Origin: Geosiphon pyriformis uo1
Taxonomy: Eukaryota; Fungi; Glomeromycota
DNA length: 12,679 nucleotides
Direction: 5' to 3'
Assembly: GCA_016748015.1 (NCBI GenBank)
Contig: JAAOMT010000787.1
Location: 8,431-21,109, forward strand
In this document: positions 1 through 9,186 of the stretch, one piece after another
How the letters are laid out: each line of letters begins with the position of its first letter
Position numbering within the stretch: position 1 is the first letter of the stretch
Translations under genes and position numbers: made by a program
Notes under the pieces: generated by a model
Told to the model about the DNA's origin: nothing
The model's database searches: none
What the model saw: the letters and a program-made list of their open reading frames with translations, nothing else

Positions 1-494
1 AATCAAAGAATAAGCAAAATAACGCATTATTTAAAACTAAAGTTTTAAGTTATGTTTTATTTATCACAGCAAATAAGATGTAGCTATTCATTAAAGTTTG
101 AACCAATAATTTTTTAATACAATAAAACCTTTTTGAAGTAATTTTCATCCAGAAAAATGCATTAAATATAGAATATTTTTCAATCAGTTAGGTTTTAATT
201 GTAAATAACATTTATTGTATTTATTGAAATTTATAAAGAAATATTCTGGATCGCTATTCATATCATTAATTAAAAATTTTCATGTGCCAAAGAATTAATA
301 CCTTCTTAAAGTGCAGGATTCTTCATAGTTTAACTAAACTGACAATATACAATATAAATTTTTTATTTGAAAATTCTTCAAATCAGACTGTTTTAAATTT
401 GACATAATTATTTGAATTTACCCACTTGATTTTTGATACTATAATGTATACCAAACTTTTTATGAAACTCTGAAGTGAATTTTTGAAATCTAAA

Positions 495-1290
495 CTACTG
501 TGTATTTCTTTGAGAAAAGTCAATATGTTTGTTGGGAGTGTAAAACTATTGATTTTAAAGCCATAAACTCCTTAAATGAATATCTCCAAGGATAACAATG
601 GGTAAATTGACAAATCACCTAAAAAGAGTAACACGATTGTAATACACTATTTCAATATGCTTAATCAAAGATGTGTAAACTCTGTTTTTACCGGTTAACT
701 CTAAAGATTGATCGAATCTATTCACAATTGCAAAGGAGTAAACATCGAAAGATCAGACTCTATTCATTATTCATAATAGTAAAAAAGTATAAGTGATTAG
801 AACCCATATAAATTTGTTTTACCTCTTTTTAAATCACCGTTTTAAATCACCCTTGGGTATTATTTGTATTATAAATGATCTAATTTTAAAGCAATTGATT
901 TGTTATCTATAAAATGAAATCCAATGTTCTAACCTCTGAGCATTGAGCATTAAAAATTTAATAGTGCTAGGAAGAAATTAATTTTATTGATTATTATATT
1001 TGCTAATACCATATTATTCGAAAAATAGGTCGGGTCTCTCAGATTCTCAAAGCTTAAAAGTTGATGAATAAGGGAATGAGATTTTAGTTTTTGTAATTGT
1101 CATTTTTAAATTCAATTTAATAACAAACAAAGATTGCATATATTTTTGATCTAAGAATGCATAACATTTATTTTTATCCTAATTTTTTTAGAGTTAATAG
1201 TAAAATAATCAAGTCATATTTTAAGACTTTGTTTATGAATGCCACAAATCCAAGAAAAGCAGAGAAGATTAGAATATTGAAATTTTTGAT
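495..1290 (-). pseudogene. Degenerate secreted aspartic protease (pepsin/A1 family) gene relic
   Basis: Manual minus-strand translation gives motifs in the correct order. Signal-peptide-like (I)KNFNILIFSAFLGFVAFIN starts at 1290 (ATC where ATG is expected). SSTFKL*ESERPDLFFE*YG (1067-1008) resembles the A1 'SSTFK...F.I.YG' flap region. A GT..AG intron lies at 822-760. The C-terminal PIVILGDIHLRSLWL*NQ*FYTPNKHIDFSQRNTQ* (ILGD at 593-582, stop 497-495) resembles 'ILGDxFLR.....FD..N..IGFA'. There are many in-frame stops, no intact DTG motif was found, and the span is too short for a full gene. Confidence 0.55.
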
Positions 1291-2228
1291 ATGAGATGTT
1301 TTAAACTCTAAAATCTTATTATAACTTTAAATTTATTTTTTAAACAATGTCATTATTAACAAAAATTATAAATTTTTTGATTTAACAAATTTGTTAATGT
1401 TTATTGATTTGAAAAATTTTATTTTTCAATTATCAAAATAAAGATTTGTGATATTAAAAAAAATTATTATTTTATGGTTTTTTGTTTTTTCTATAGTTTA
1501 AAAAATATATATATTAACTTTTGTTTAGAATATATTATTATTAATTCCATCTATTTCTCTATCTTGTTACACAGTAATATTTTTCCTTTATTTACATTTT
1601 ATATAAATTTTCTTTTTAAATACTTTTATGTTAAAAATGAAAAAGAAATTTTGAATTTTAATTGTTATAATTATTTTGCAAATTTAAAAACTCGCTCTTG
1701 TAATTTTTTATTGAGTAAAAACAATCTATACTGGTAAAATAAAGAATAAAAGAATCTCATTAACATTATGGTTTCAAACTCGAGAATTTGTCTTTTCGGA
1801 AAAACAATGACCAAATCATGAGAGATTATCTGAAAATGGTTATCAAAATTTTAAAAATGAAAATTAAAAGAAAAATCCGTCACTAAATTTAGAACAGTAG
1901 GAGATGATTTTAATTCGATAAAGAGATGATGCCTACTTCAAATTCTAAATAATTACTTAGGATAAATATAATTATTAAAATGTAATTTTGCAAATATATT
2001 ATTCCTTAAAATTGACCATATAATATGATATTAATACTTGAAGTAAATACTAAAACTTGATCGAAAATGCCTAATCGGTCATATATTATCTTAAATTTTA
2101 AGAAAATCAACTTTTCAATCGCCATATTATTATTAAATATTGACCTTGAAAAATTTTCCCCAAAAAATAAATTTGTTTGCTCTTAAAAAATAATTTCAAG
2201 AATAATAAACCAACACCACCACTCGATT

Positions 2229-3658
2229 TCAATTACGATTTCTTAGAATGGGCTTGGTTATAATGGGCTTTTTTTTCAAGATTGGGGTCAATTTATGACA
2301 ATTTTGGAACATGGTCAGACCGAAATAGGGTCCAAAATGAACATCTTCAGGATGCGATTCTTTGTAACTATTTAATGAATCTTTTATTTTGCGTCCTGGA
2401 TAAGTAATTCTATGGAGATGTCTTCTCGCATTGCATTCCTATAAAAGGTTTCGTTGTAAATTTAGGATGCTAGATCAGTAAATTCGGAGATATTCAAGAA
2501 TTACCTCATTTTCATGTAAAGTAGCCGTATGAAAACACAAATAAAATTTTGGATTTGAGCAGTCACATTCAGATTCTATCCAAATTTCTTTTTGAAAGTG
2601 TCTGTATACAACCCTGGAAGACGTCGAATATTTATGTGCGGGCCCCCGTTTTTCACGATCAAGCCCCTCAATTGGAAAATTAGGCATCCAATCATCATTA
2701 TAAGTTACCCTCCAAACTTTTTGGAGCAAGTGTTCCGTGTAATGCACAAATAATTCATCTCCAACTCGTGGTTGGCCAAAGGTAATAAGAGTTATTGATT
2801 TTTCCTGATGTTCCCTCTTATATTCAAGTGCAGCAAATACGGCAAAGGCTAAAACCCAAAAAATTTGAAAAATTAAAATTTTATTTGATGAATTTTAATA
2901 GTCACAAAATAAAATTCATATTACCAGCTCCAAATCCGAAGCCTGTAAAGGTCAGGCTATTTTTTAATTCAAATCCTTGTAATTTGTTCCAAAATAGAGG
3001 TGCTTTTTTTTGCCAACGCTTATAAATTCTTTTCAAGACATGCCCTTCTTCTACATCTGGGTAAGGTACGGCATCCCATTGATTGTATTCTGTACGTGTT
3101 GAGACATAATTCCAATCAAACTCTGGAACACCAAAAGAAATTGCCGTTTCTGAAATTATTACTGTTTTAAAAATAATCATTTAAATAAATTTGAGTTAAC
3201 AAAATTTGCTTCCCTTTGTGAAAAATGACAATCAACATATAATAACCCCAAATTTGATCCCCTAAAGAGAATTTTTCATTCGTTTGAATAACTTCTTGAC
3301 AAGATGCACGCCATGCAAAAGCTGCATTGGCAGCTAGTTGACGCAAAAAATTTTCATCATTTATAATCTCTTTTACAAAGTTTATGTTATTAGTAGTAGT
3401 ACTCGATGGGTTAACGGGTTGGTTAAAAAGATTTCTTTTTTGAATAGGCTCAGTAATAAAATTTTTTTGTTTGAGAAAAGATGGGTCTTGAATCGGTTTG
3501 AGATCATTTTGAGATATATTATTGAATTTATTGAAGTAAATTTTCTCTTTTAAAGTTGGTAAAATAATAATATCTTTGGCTATAATCAGTTTAATTTTAA
3601 AAAGATGAGAAATTAGAATCAATAGAGAAAAGAATGAGATTTTGTAAAAGTAAAGCAT
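2229..3658 (-). CDS. Secreted lipase class 3-like alpha/beta hydrolase (~400 aa) with the catalytic Ser replaced by Gly; exons 3658-3247, 3161-2925, 2848-2505, 2438-2229
   Basis: Three ORF-track fragments plus a terminal exon join in frame through GT..AG introns: 3246-3162 (weak donor GTTATT), 2924-2849 and 2504-2439. There is a hydrophobic N-terminus (MLYFYKISFFSLLILISHLF) and a KR site at 3439-3434. Lipase_3 motifs appear in order: AAFAWRASC, LTFTGFGFGAAFAVFAAL (vs VTGHSLGGALA), ITFGQPRVGD, WRVTYNDDWMPNFP (vs RVVHxxDxVPxLP), YRHFQKEIWI, ENEECN, DVHFGPYFG..C. The first intron boundaries are uncertain. Confidence 0.85.
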
Positions 3659-3777
3659 TTTTAAAATTTGATTTAGAAAGTAAAAAGATTTTCAAATTTT
3701 TATCATATATCAAAAAGGTTTCGGAGTTTGGAATTTATTTTTATGAAAATATTTGTTATCTATCAACAATACAATTG

Positions 3778-3825
<48 letters not shown>
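3778..3825. repeat. (ATA)16 trinucleotide microsatellite with a degenerate tail to ~3853
   Basis: 16 perfect ATA units read directly from the sequence. They produce the spurious poly-Ile and poly-Tyr ORFs. Confidence 0.97.
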
Positions 3826-3829
<4 letters not shown>

Positions 3830-3959
3830 TAATAGTAACAATAATAATGATAATGGCTAGACATTGACTCATTTTTTTCGCCAACTTGAGACACCTTAAC
3901 AAAAAATAATTTTTTTTTTAGAAAAAAAACGTACCTTTTCAAGAATCCAAAAAAACTTT

Positions 3960-5390
3960 TAAGCAAATTTTTGTGACACAAATTATAGCCGATACAAAAT
4001 AAATCAAATTCTAATTATTTTAATCATCTTCAACCGATTTCATTGGATAAAAAAAATATAACTTAGAATTGGCTGGTTTCAAAAGATGAAAATATAAAAA
4101 ATATACATGAAAAAAAGCCTTTCACAAAAAGGAACTCTCTTGGTTTTTTATATAAAAAAAATCTAGTTGAGGATGAAAATTTCTTGGAATTTTTTGCTAG
4201 CAAAGCAAATTTAGCCTGGACAGCGCATTGCCATCTAAAATATCTAAATGACCAGGAAGAAGGTAAATTTAAAGATTTTTTAAAGATTAACTTTTTTCTA
4301 TTTTAATAGATTTTTGCAACCCGTTCTTGAAATAGGGTTTCGGCTTTTTTTTTAGCACATGATCAATCGAAAATCACATTTAGTTTTGCAATGTCCATAT
4401 TTCACAAATTTTCCGTTTTGGCATTCAGCAAAGTTACCACAGTTTAGCTATTCCATTTTCTAATGTACCTGGTGTTTGGGTTGTTGAATTTTATTATCTA
4501 AAATGAAAAAATTATACAGAAATAAAATTTTTTCACGATTTTCAAATGTACTTGAAAAACTTACTCATCCAGCCTGACTTTTCTAACTTTAAATTTACCG
4601 GATTTGGTGAAAGCAATTGTAAGTTTCTTCTTTCTTTTAACAAAGAAAAATAAAATTTTAATTTTTAATTGTTTTCTTTCAAATTAGCCTATTCAATCTT
4701 TGCTGCTCTTTGAATTTTCAGAAAAATATCAACCAAAAAAGAAGTCAATTGTTGTCACTTTCGGCCAGTCGAAAATATGAAATGAAATTTTTACTGCTTT
4801 TGCTCACTTCAAACTTGAGGTAAATATGTATTGATTCTTAAGCTAAAATTTCAAAAATCTTGCTAGAATTTTAATTTGAAACCGAATTTCCAGATTTTTT
4901 GCGCCACACTTGCAGACGATTTGCTACCATTAACACACCTATAAGAGGATTAAGAAAATTTTCAAAGTGGAATCACAATAATAGGAGATGGAAAAATATA
5001 ACGATAGTAACACATGAAGAGTACGCACATTTTAAATCAGAGTTTTGGATCGAAGGTGAATCAAATTGTGCATGTTCGAAAATTGCCTACCCAATTGTGT
5101 TCAACTGCTTTAACACACATTCTTTTAAGGAACATTCGGTACGAATTGGTGTTTTTAATTTTTCAAAAATATCAAACTTTTATGCTCTATTAATGGTTTA
5201 AGATTTGTAGGAATACAATTATCGTGATAATGACCTTAAAACTATTGAGAGTATGACAATCATGGACAATTATGATAACTTTCGTCATGGACCATATTTT
5301 AGGAAAAATTTTATGGATTATAAATTTGCAACTACCGATAATGTTCGATACGTCATTTATCAAGAAGCATTTGGGGGAAGAAGAGGTTAA
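3960..5390 (+). pseudogene. Pseudogenised paralog of the lipase class 3-like gene, divergently oriented
   Basis: Reconstructed peptides align with the neighbouring gene: TKRNSL..VEDENFLEFFASKANLAWTAHC; AIPFSNVPGVWVVEFYYLK*K; FKFTGFGESN; SIFAAL/EF; VTFGQSKI*NEIF; IFCATLADDLLPLT/PIRGL; YAHFKSEFWIE..NCAC; EYN..RHGPYFR; stop at 5388-5390. Introns lie at 4263-(4309 or 4355), 4619-4687, 4820-4893 and 5139-5210. Lesions: TAG 4064-4066, TGA 4504-4506 and 4778-4780, +1 T at ~4709-4711, +2 CA at 4933-4938, and a further frameshift around 4390-4445. The start codon is not identifiable, so the 5' coordinate is approximate. Confidence 0.88.
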
Positions 5391-5612
5391 TCTTTTCTCA
5401 CATAATAAATATAAGATTTAAAGATTCAAATATATTCATGAGAAAGTAAATATTACTTCTTTAAGTGTTTCAAACAACTTGTTTCTTACTTAATATTTTT
5501 TCTTAGTAATCTTAATATAACTTAGAAAGAAATGTTACACCAGTACTTTGTAGTCGACACTTATTTGTAAGAGATAGCGTTGAAATATTTTAAGGAAATT
5601 TTCAAATTTTAA

Positions 5613-5804
5613 TTAATGAAATTGAACCCAATTGAAAAAACTATCTCGAAATCCTTGATTTATAAAATTCACATACTCTGAGATTTGGTTTTCCATCAAG
5701 ATGATGGCGATTTTTGGATCATTAGCATGAAATAACTTCAAGTTCTTGAATTCCAAAAAATTATGAATTTCATTTCTAATTCTAATACCCGCTTTATCAT
5801 CCTC
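5613..5804 (-). other. Stop-free 63-codon coding-like fragment (possible orphan exon or gene relic)
   Basis: Reads EDDKAGIRIRNEIHNFLEFKNLKLFHANDPKIAIILMENQISEYVNFINQGFRDSFFNWVQFH*. It has higher GC than its flanks and a protein-like composition, but no recognisable family and no early start codon. Confidence 0.25.
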
Positions 5805-7330
5805 TTATTGAAAACAATTTTATTATTAAAGCTACCAGCTGATATTAAATAACTGGCCTAATATTGAAAAAACAAAGTTTATTTATTATCACTATTTAAA
5901 CCAAAAATTAAATCCTAAAAATAATTTAAATAAAGTGAATTGAATAGTATTGTGTTTTAAAAATTTATGGGCTTATAAAATAAAGAAATAAAAGAGATTT
6001 AATTTTTTTAGTAATTTACAGAAGTAATATATATAGATAAAAATAATGGTATTTAATATATTAATCAATTTTAATAAGTTGTTTTAATAATAATAATAAT
6101 ATGTTATTTTTGTTTAGACTGCAATAAAAAATAAAAAATTAATTATACGCTTTGCTAAAAATTTTATAATTTGTAAAAAATCTTACAAAAATTTATTTAT
6201 TTTATAACAAAAAATAGTCTATATACATTGACTAATATTTTATTATGTTTTTTTGCCATTTTTTTAATAATTACTTTTCTGATCTGATTGTTTATTAAAA
6301 TTACAAAAAATACATTTGTTTTTTGTTTAATTATTAAAGTTCATGTCAAGTTTACATTGTCTTTTTAAAGGAAATCTTTACAATCAGTTTGGATATTATT
6401 CACTAAAAATATGTTAGTAGGAGATTTAAAATAAATAATTATTTATATTTCCAAAGAAAATTTTTTTCTCTATTATAATAGTTGCGCATAAAGCTTACCA
6501 ATTCTAAATTAAATGCATTTTGACTAGTATTTTTTCAAATAACCTGATCGTTTTTTGTAACAATATTCATTTGTTTTGTTAAAAAAATTTTATTTATCAT
6601 TAAAACAAAACATGAGCGATTGTACATGTATTTGACAATACATTTTATTCAGAATTTGATATTGCACTTAGTAAAAAATTATTTTATAGACAATTTATAT
6701 ATATTATTAAGCTAAATATACTTTTTGTCTAATTTAATAGTTTTCTTGTTTAAATAAACTTTTTTATTTATCTGCATTTTTATAAATTTTTTGGCTTAGT
6801 TAGGTGGAAAAATAATTAAAGAAACGCAAGTAAAGAATACTGTTTTATCAAGATAACAATGGAGATCTGACTGATTTTTGGGAATTTTATTTAAGTTTAC
6901 CATAAAAAATAGTGATCTGCCAATACCAGTCAAAAAATGTTATTTTATTAAGATATTTGCTATTTAACAATTAAAAAAAATTATTACAATAAAAAAGCAA
7001 AAATAATAAGGGGACGAACATATATCACGTCATTATGAAAGGGGAATTCAAAATCTCATGTCTCACATGATTTTATATGGCATGTGATTTTGGATTTTTA
7101 TTAGCCAATTAGAATATAGAAATGCAGTCTAATTTATGGTACATAAATTGAACTTTTAGTATGCTGGATTTCCTGTGTTTACCATACGACTATATCCAAA
7201 TGTATTGCAAAATCTCTGGTGTTGATTTGTGGGAGTTTTATAAATATAAAACTTGTTGTATTGCGGTTTAGTTAGGAAAGCTTGCATATTAGGAGAGTTT
7301 TGCAATAAATGAAATCAAAAATACAACATC

Positions 7331-7410
7331 AAAGACGCGATAGATCAGGAAATAAAAGACGCGAATAAAAGATGCGCTAGATCAGGAGATAAAAGACACG
7401 TTAGATTAGA
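7331..7410 (+). repeat. Degenerate ~24-bp tandem repeat inside the MITE (consensus AAAAGACGCG.TAGATCAGGA.AT)
   Basis: Units: AAAGACGCGATAGATCAGGAAAT / AAAAGACGCGAAT (truncated) / AAAAGATGCGCTAGATCAGGAGAT / AAAAGACACGTTAGATTAGA. Confidence 0.85.
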
Positions 7411-7644
7411 CACAAATTCGTGGTCATTTTTATATAAATAGGACAATGCGATAAGTTGAGATGTTTAGGCTAGTATATTTTTATAATAATTTCGATCATA
7501 AGTTTGATCATATTTATTATACAAGTTTGATCATATTATGCCATATATTTATAATGCATGTATTTATAATTGTGCATCATGCATAGCATATTATTATAAT
7601 GTGAGATAACATTATTATAGAATGTCTGATTGGATATCTCACCA

Positions 7645-7663
7645 GGGGGGGGGGGGGGGGGGG
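7645..7663 (+). repeat. G19 homopolymer inside the MITE
   Basis: 19 consecutive G followed by AGGG, read directly. Confidence 0.95.
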
Positions 7664-9186
7664 AGGGATGGTCCTATAGTAATCAATAATAACTTGATAT
7701 ATGTTCGTCCCCTAATGAAATTGTAAAATATAAAATACAATTAGTACACATTAGATTAGATTAAAATTTTATTTCTGAAAAAAATTGGCAAAAAAAATAT
7801 GCATAGTTATTTATGTGTTAAAAAAAATTTTGTGGTAAATTTTAAGTCGAAAAATAATTTAAAAGGTTTTAGCATTTGCACTTACTTTTTTTAATATTAT
7901 AATAAATTAAATTGAACTTATTTAAACTAGTTAATAAATCTCCAAAACTCTTTTTATTGATTTTTTGCTGGTTTATATAATTAAAAGTTGCTAATTAAAA
8001 TACAACTTCTAAAGTGTTAAAAATTAAGAATGTTAAAAATACAGCTTTTTTAACAATAATACTCAACAATACAGTTAAATTATATTTTCTTAAATTGAAT
8101 TTGCATTATTACTCTAAAAATTAGTTGCAAAAATAGAGAAGTTTATTTTAAAAGTTTTTTATTTTTATTTTGAACTTTTAGTAGCTTTTTTATACAGAAT
8201 TTTGTAAAAGATGTAATAATAGACATGATTTTGAATTTGGTAAAAACTAATGTTTGCAAATTTTCAAATATATAAAATTAAATATATAAGATAACACAAA
8301 AAAGAAAACCACTATTTGATTACATTTTTGTGAATGAGAAAATAGTTGGCCTGGTCGCTGGTATAGGAAATATATGATCCTGAGAAATATTTTAACACTG
8401 ACTATAAAGTTGTATCTAATTTTTAGGAATAAAAATTTTATCTGATTGAAATTGCTATTTTTACAATAATGTTAATAGTCCTATATTTTATAGAAAAGTA
8501 AAAAAATTGTGAGTATTTGTTTTTCGCATACAATTATAATTTTAAGTTTTAAAGTGAATTGAATATTTTTCATTGAAGGTAATGGTTTTATCATATTGGT
8601 TCTATTCAATATCACATTCACTACTATCAGTTAAATTTGGTTCAAGAAATTTTTCTAAAGCGGAAAAATGAAATTTTAAGGGAATAGAGCAAAAAATAGA
8701 ATGTCCTAATAGTTTGAAACCATTTTGAATTGCATTTCTTCTGAATAATGACAGTCTATTAAAAAACATTGCTTAATAGAAAACCTATTTAATTTTGTTT
8801 TGAAAACTTTTACTCCTTTCGAGTCTCTCTATTAAATGTTTATTCAAAGTATTTCTTTATGTTATTGCACAGTAGAAAGTAAAATACCATCTAAAATTTA
8901 TAATTTAAATTAGCGGAGAAACACAAATATGCATTTAAAAGTTATATTTCTAATGCTTTTTAGTCAAAGAATGTTTTATGGTTTTAACCCGTGATAAAAC
9001 CAAGACATTAGAAATTATAAGCCGCTAATAAAGTCATTTTAAAGTTTTTGATTATTTTAAAATAGATAAATATTATCATTTTAACTTTATTATGGGGTTT
9101 AAAATAGTAGGATATAAAACATTCCGCCAGTGAAAATTTCTAAGATAGACAGCACAACATTCAGAAAAGGTATAATCAAATCAAAT

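Larger units (their letters stand above)
7010..7712. mobile_element. Non-autonomous DNA transposon (MITE), PIF/Harbinger (Tourist-like) type, 703 bp
   Basis: Perfect 18-bp TIRs: GGGGACGAACATATATCA (7010-7027) and TGATATATGTTCGTCCCC (7695-7712), extendable to 25/27 matches. TAA flanks both sides (7007-7009 and 7713-7715), the canonical PIF/Harbinger TSD. There is no transposase ORF. Confidence 0.88.

Noticed and set aside
723-746. DVYSFAIV on the - strand, resembling kinase subdomain IX
   Set aside because: No other kinase motifs nearby, and it is in frame with aspartic-protease-like C-terminal motifs.
1474-1737. 87-aa ORF on + strand
   Set aside because: F/I/N/Y/K-rich translation of extremely AT-rich DNA with no motif; most likely a chance ORF.
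2795-3553. + strand ORFs 2795-3025 and 3338-3553
   Set aside because: Antisense shadows of the lipase-like gene.
3634-3981. Poly-Ile (+) and poly-Tyr (-) ORFs
   Set aside because: Artefacts of translating the ATA microsatellite.
4504-4506. TGA at a conserved Trp position, suggesting genetic code 4 or readthrough (e.g. DNA from Mollicutes-related endobacteria)
   Set aside because: The same gene has spliceosomal introns, several frameshifts, a TAG stop and a TGA at a Gly position, and the neighbouring gene ends in TGA. Ordinary pseudogenisation explains it.
7331-7410. Short repeats as a possible CRISPR array
   Set aside because: Head-to-tail units with no unique spacers, a eukaryotic context and no cas genes.
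8540-8760. Semi-open minus-strand frame (..GHSIFCSIPLKFHFSALEKFLEPNLTDSSECDIE*)
   Set aside because: Short, interrupted by stops and with no recognisable motif; cannot be supported without a database search.
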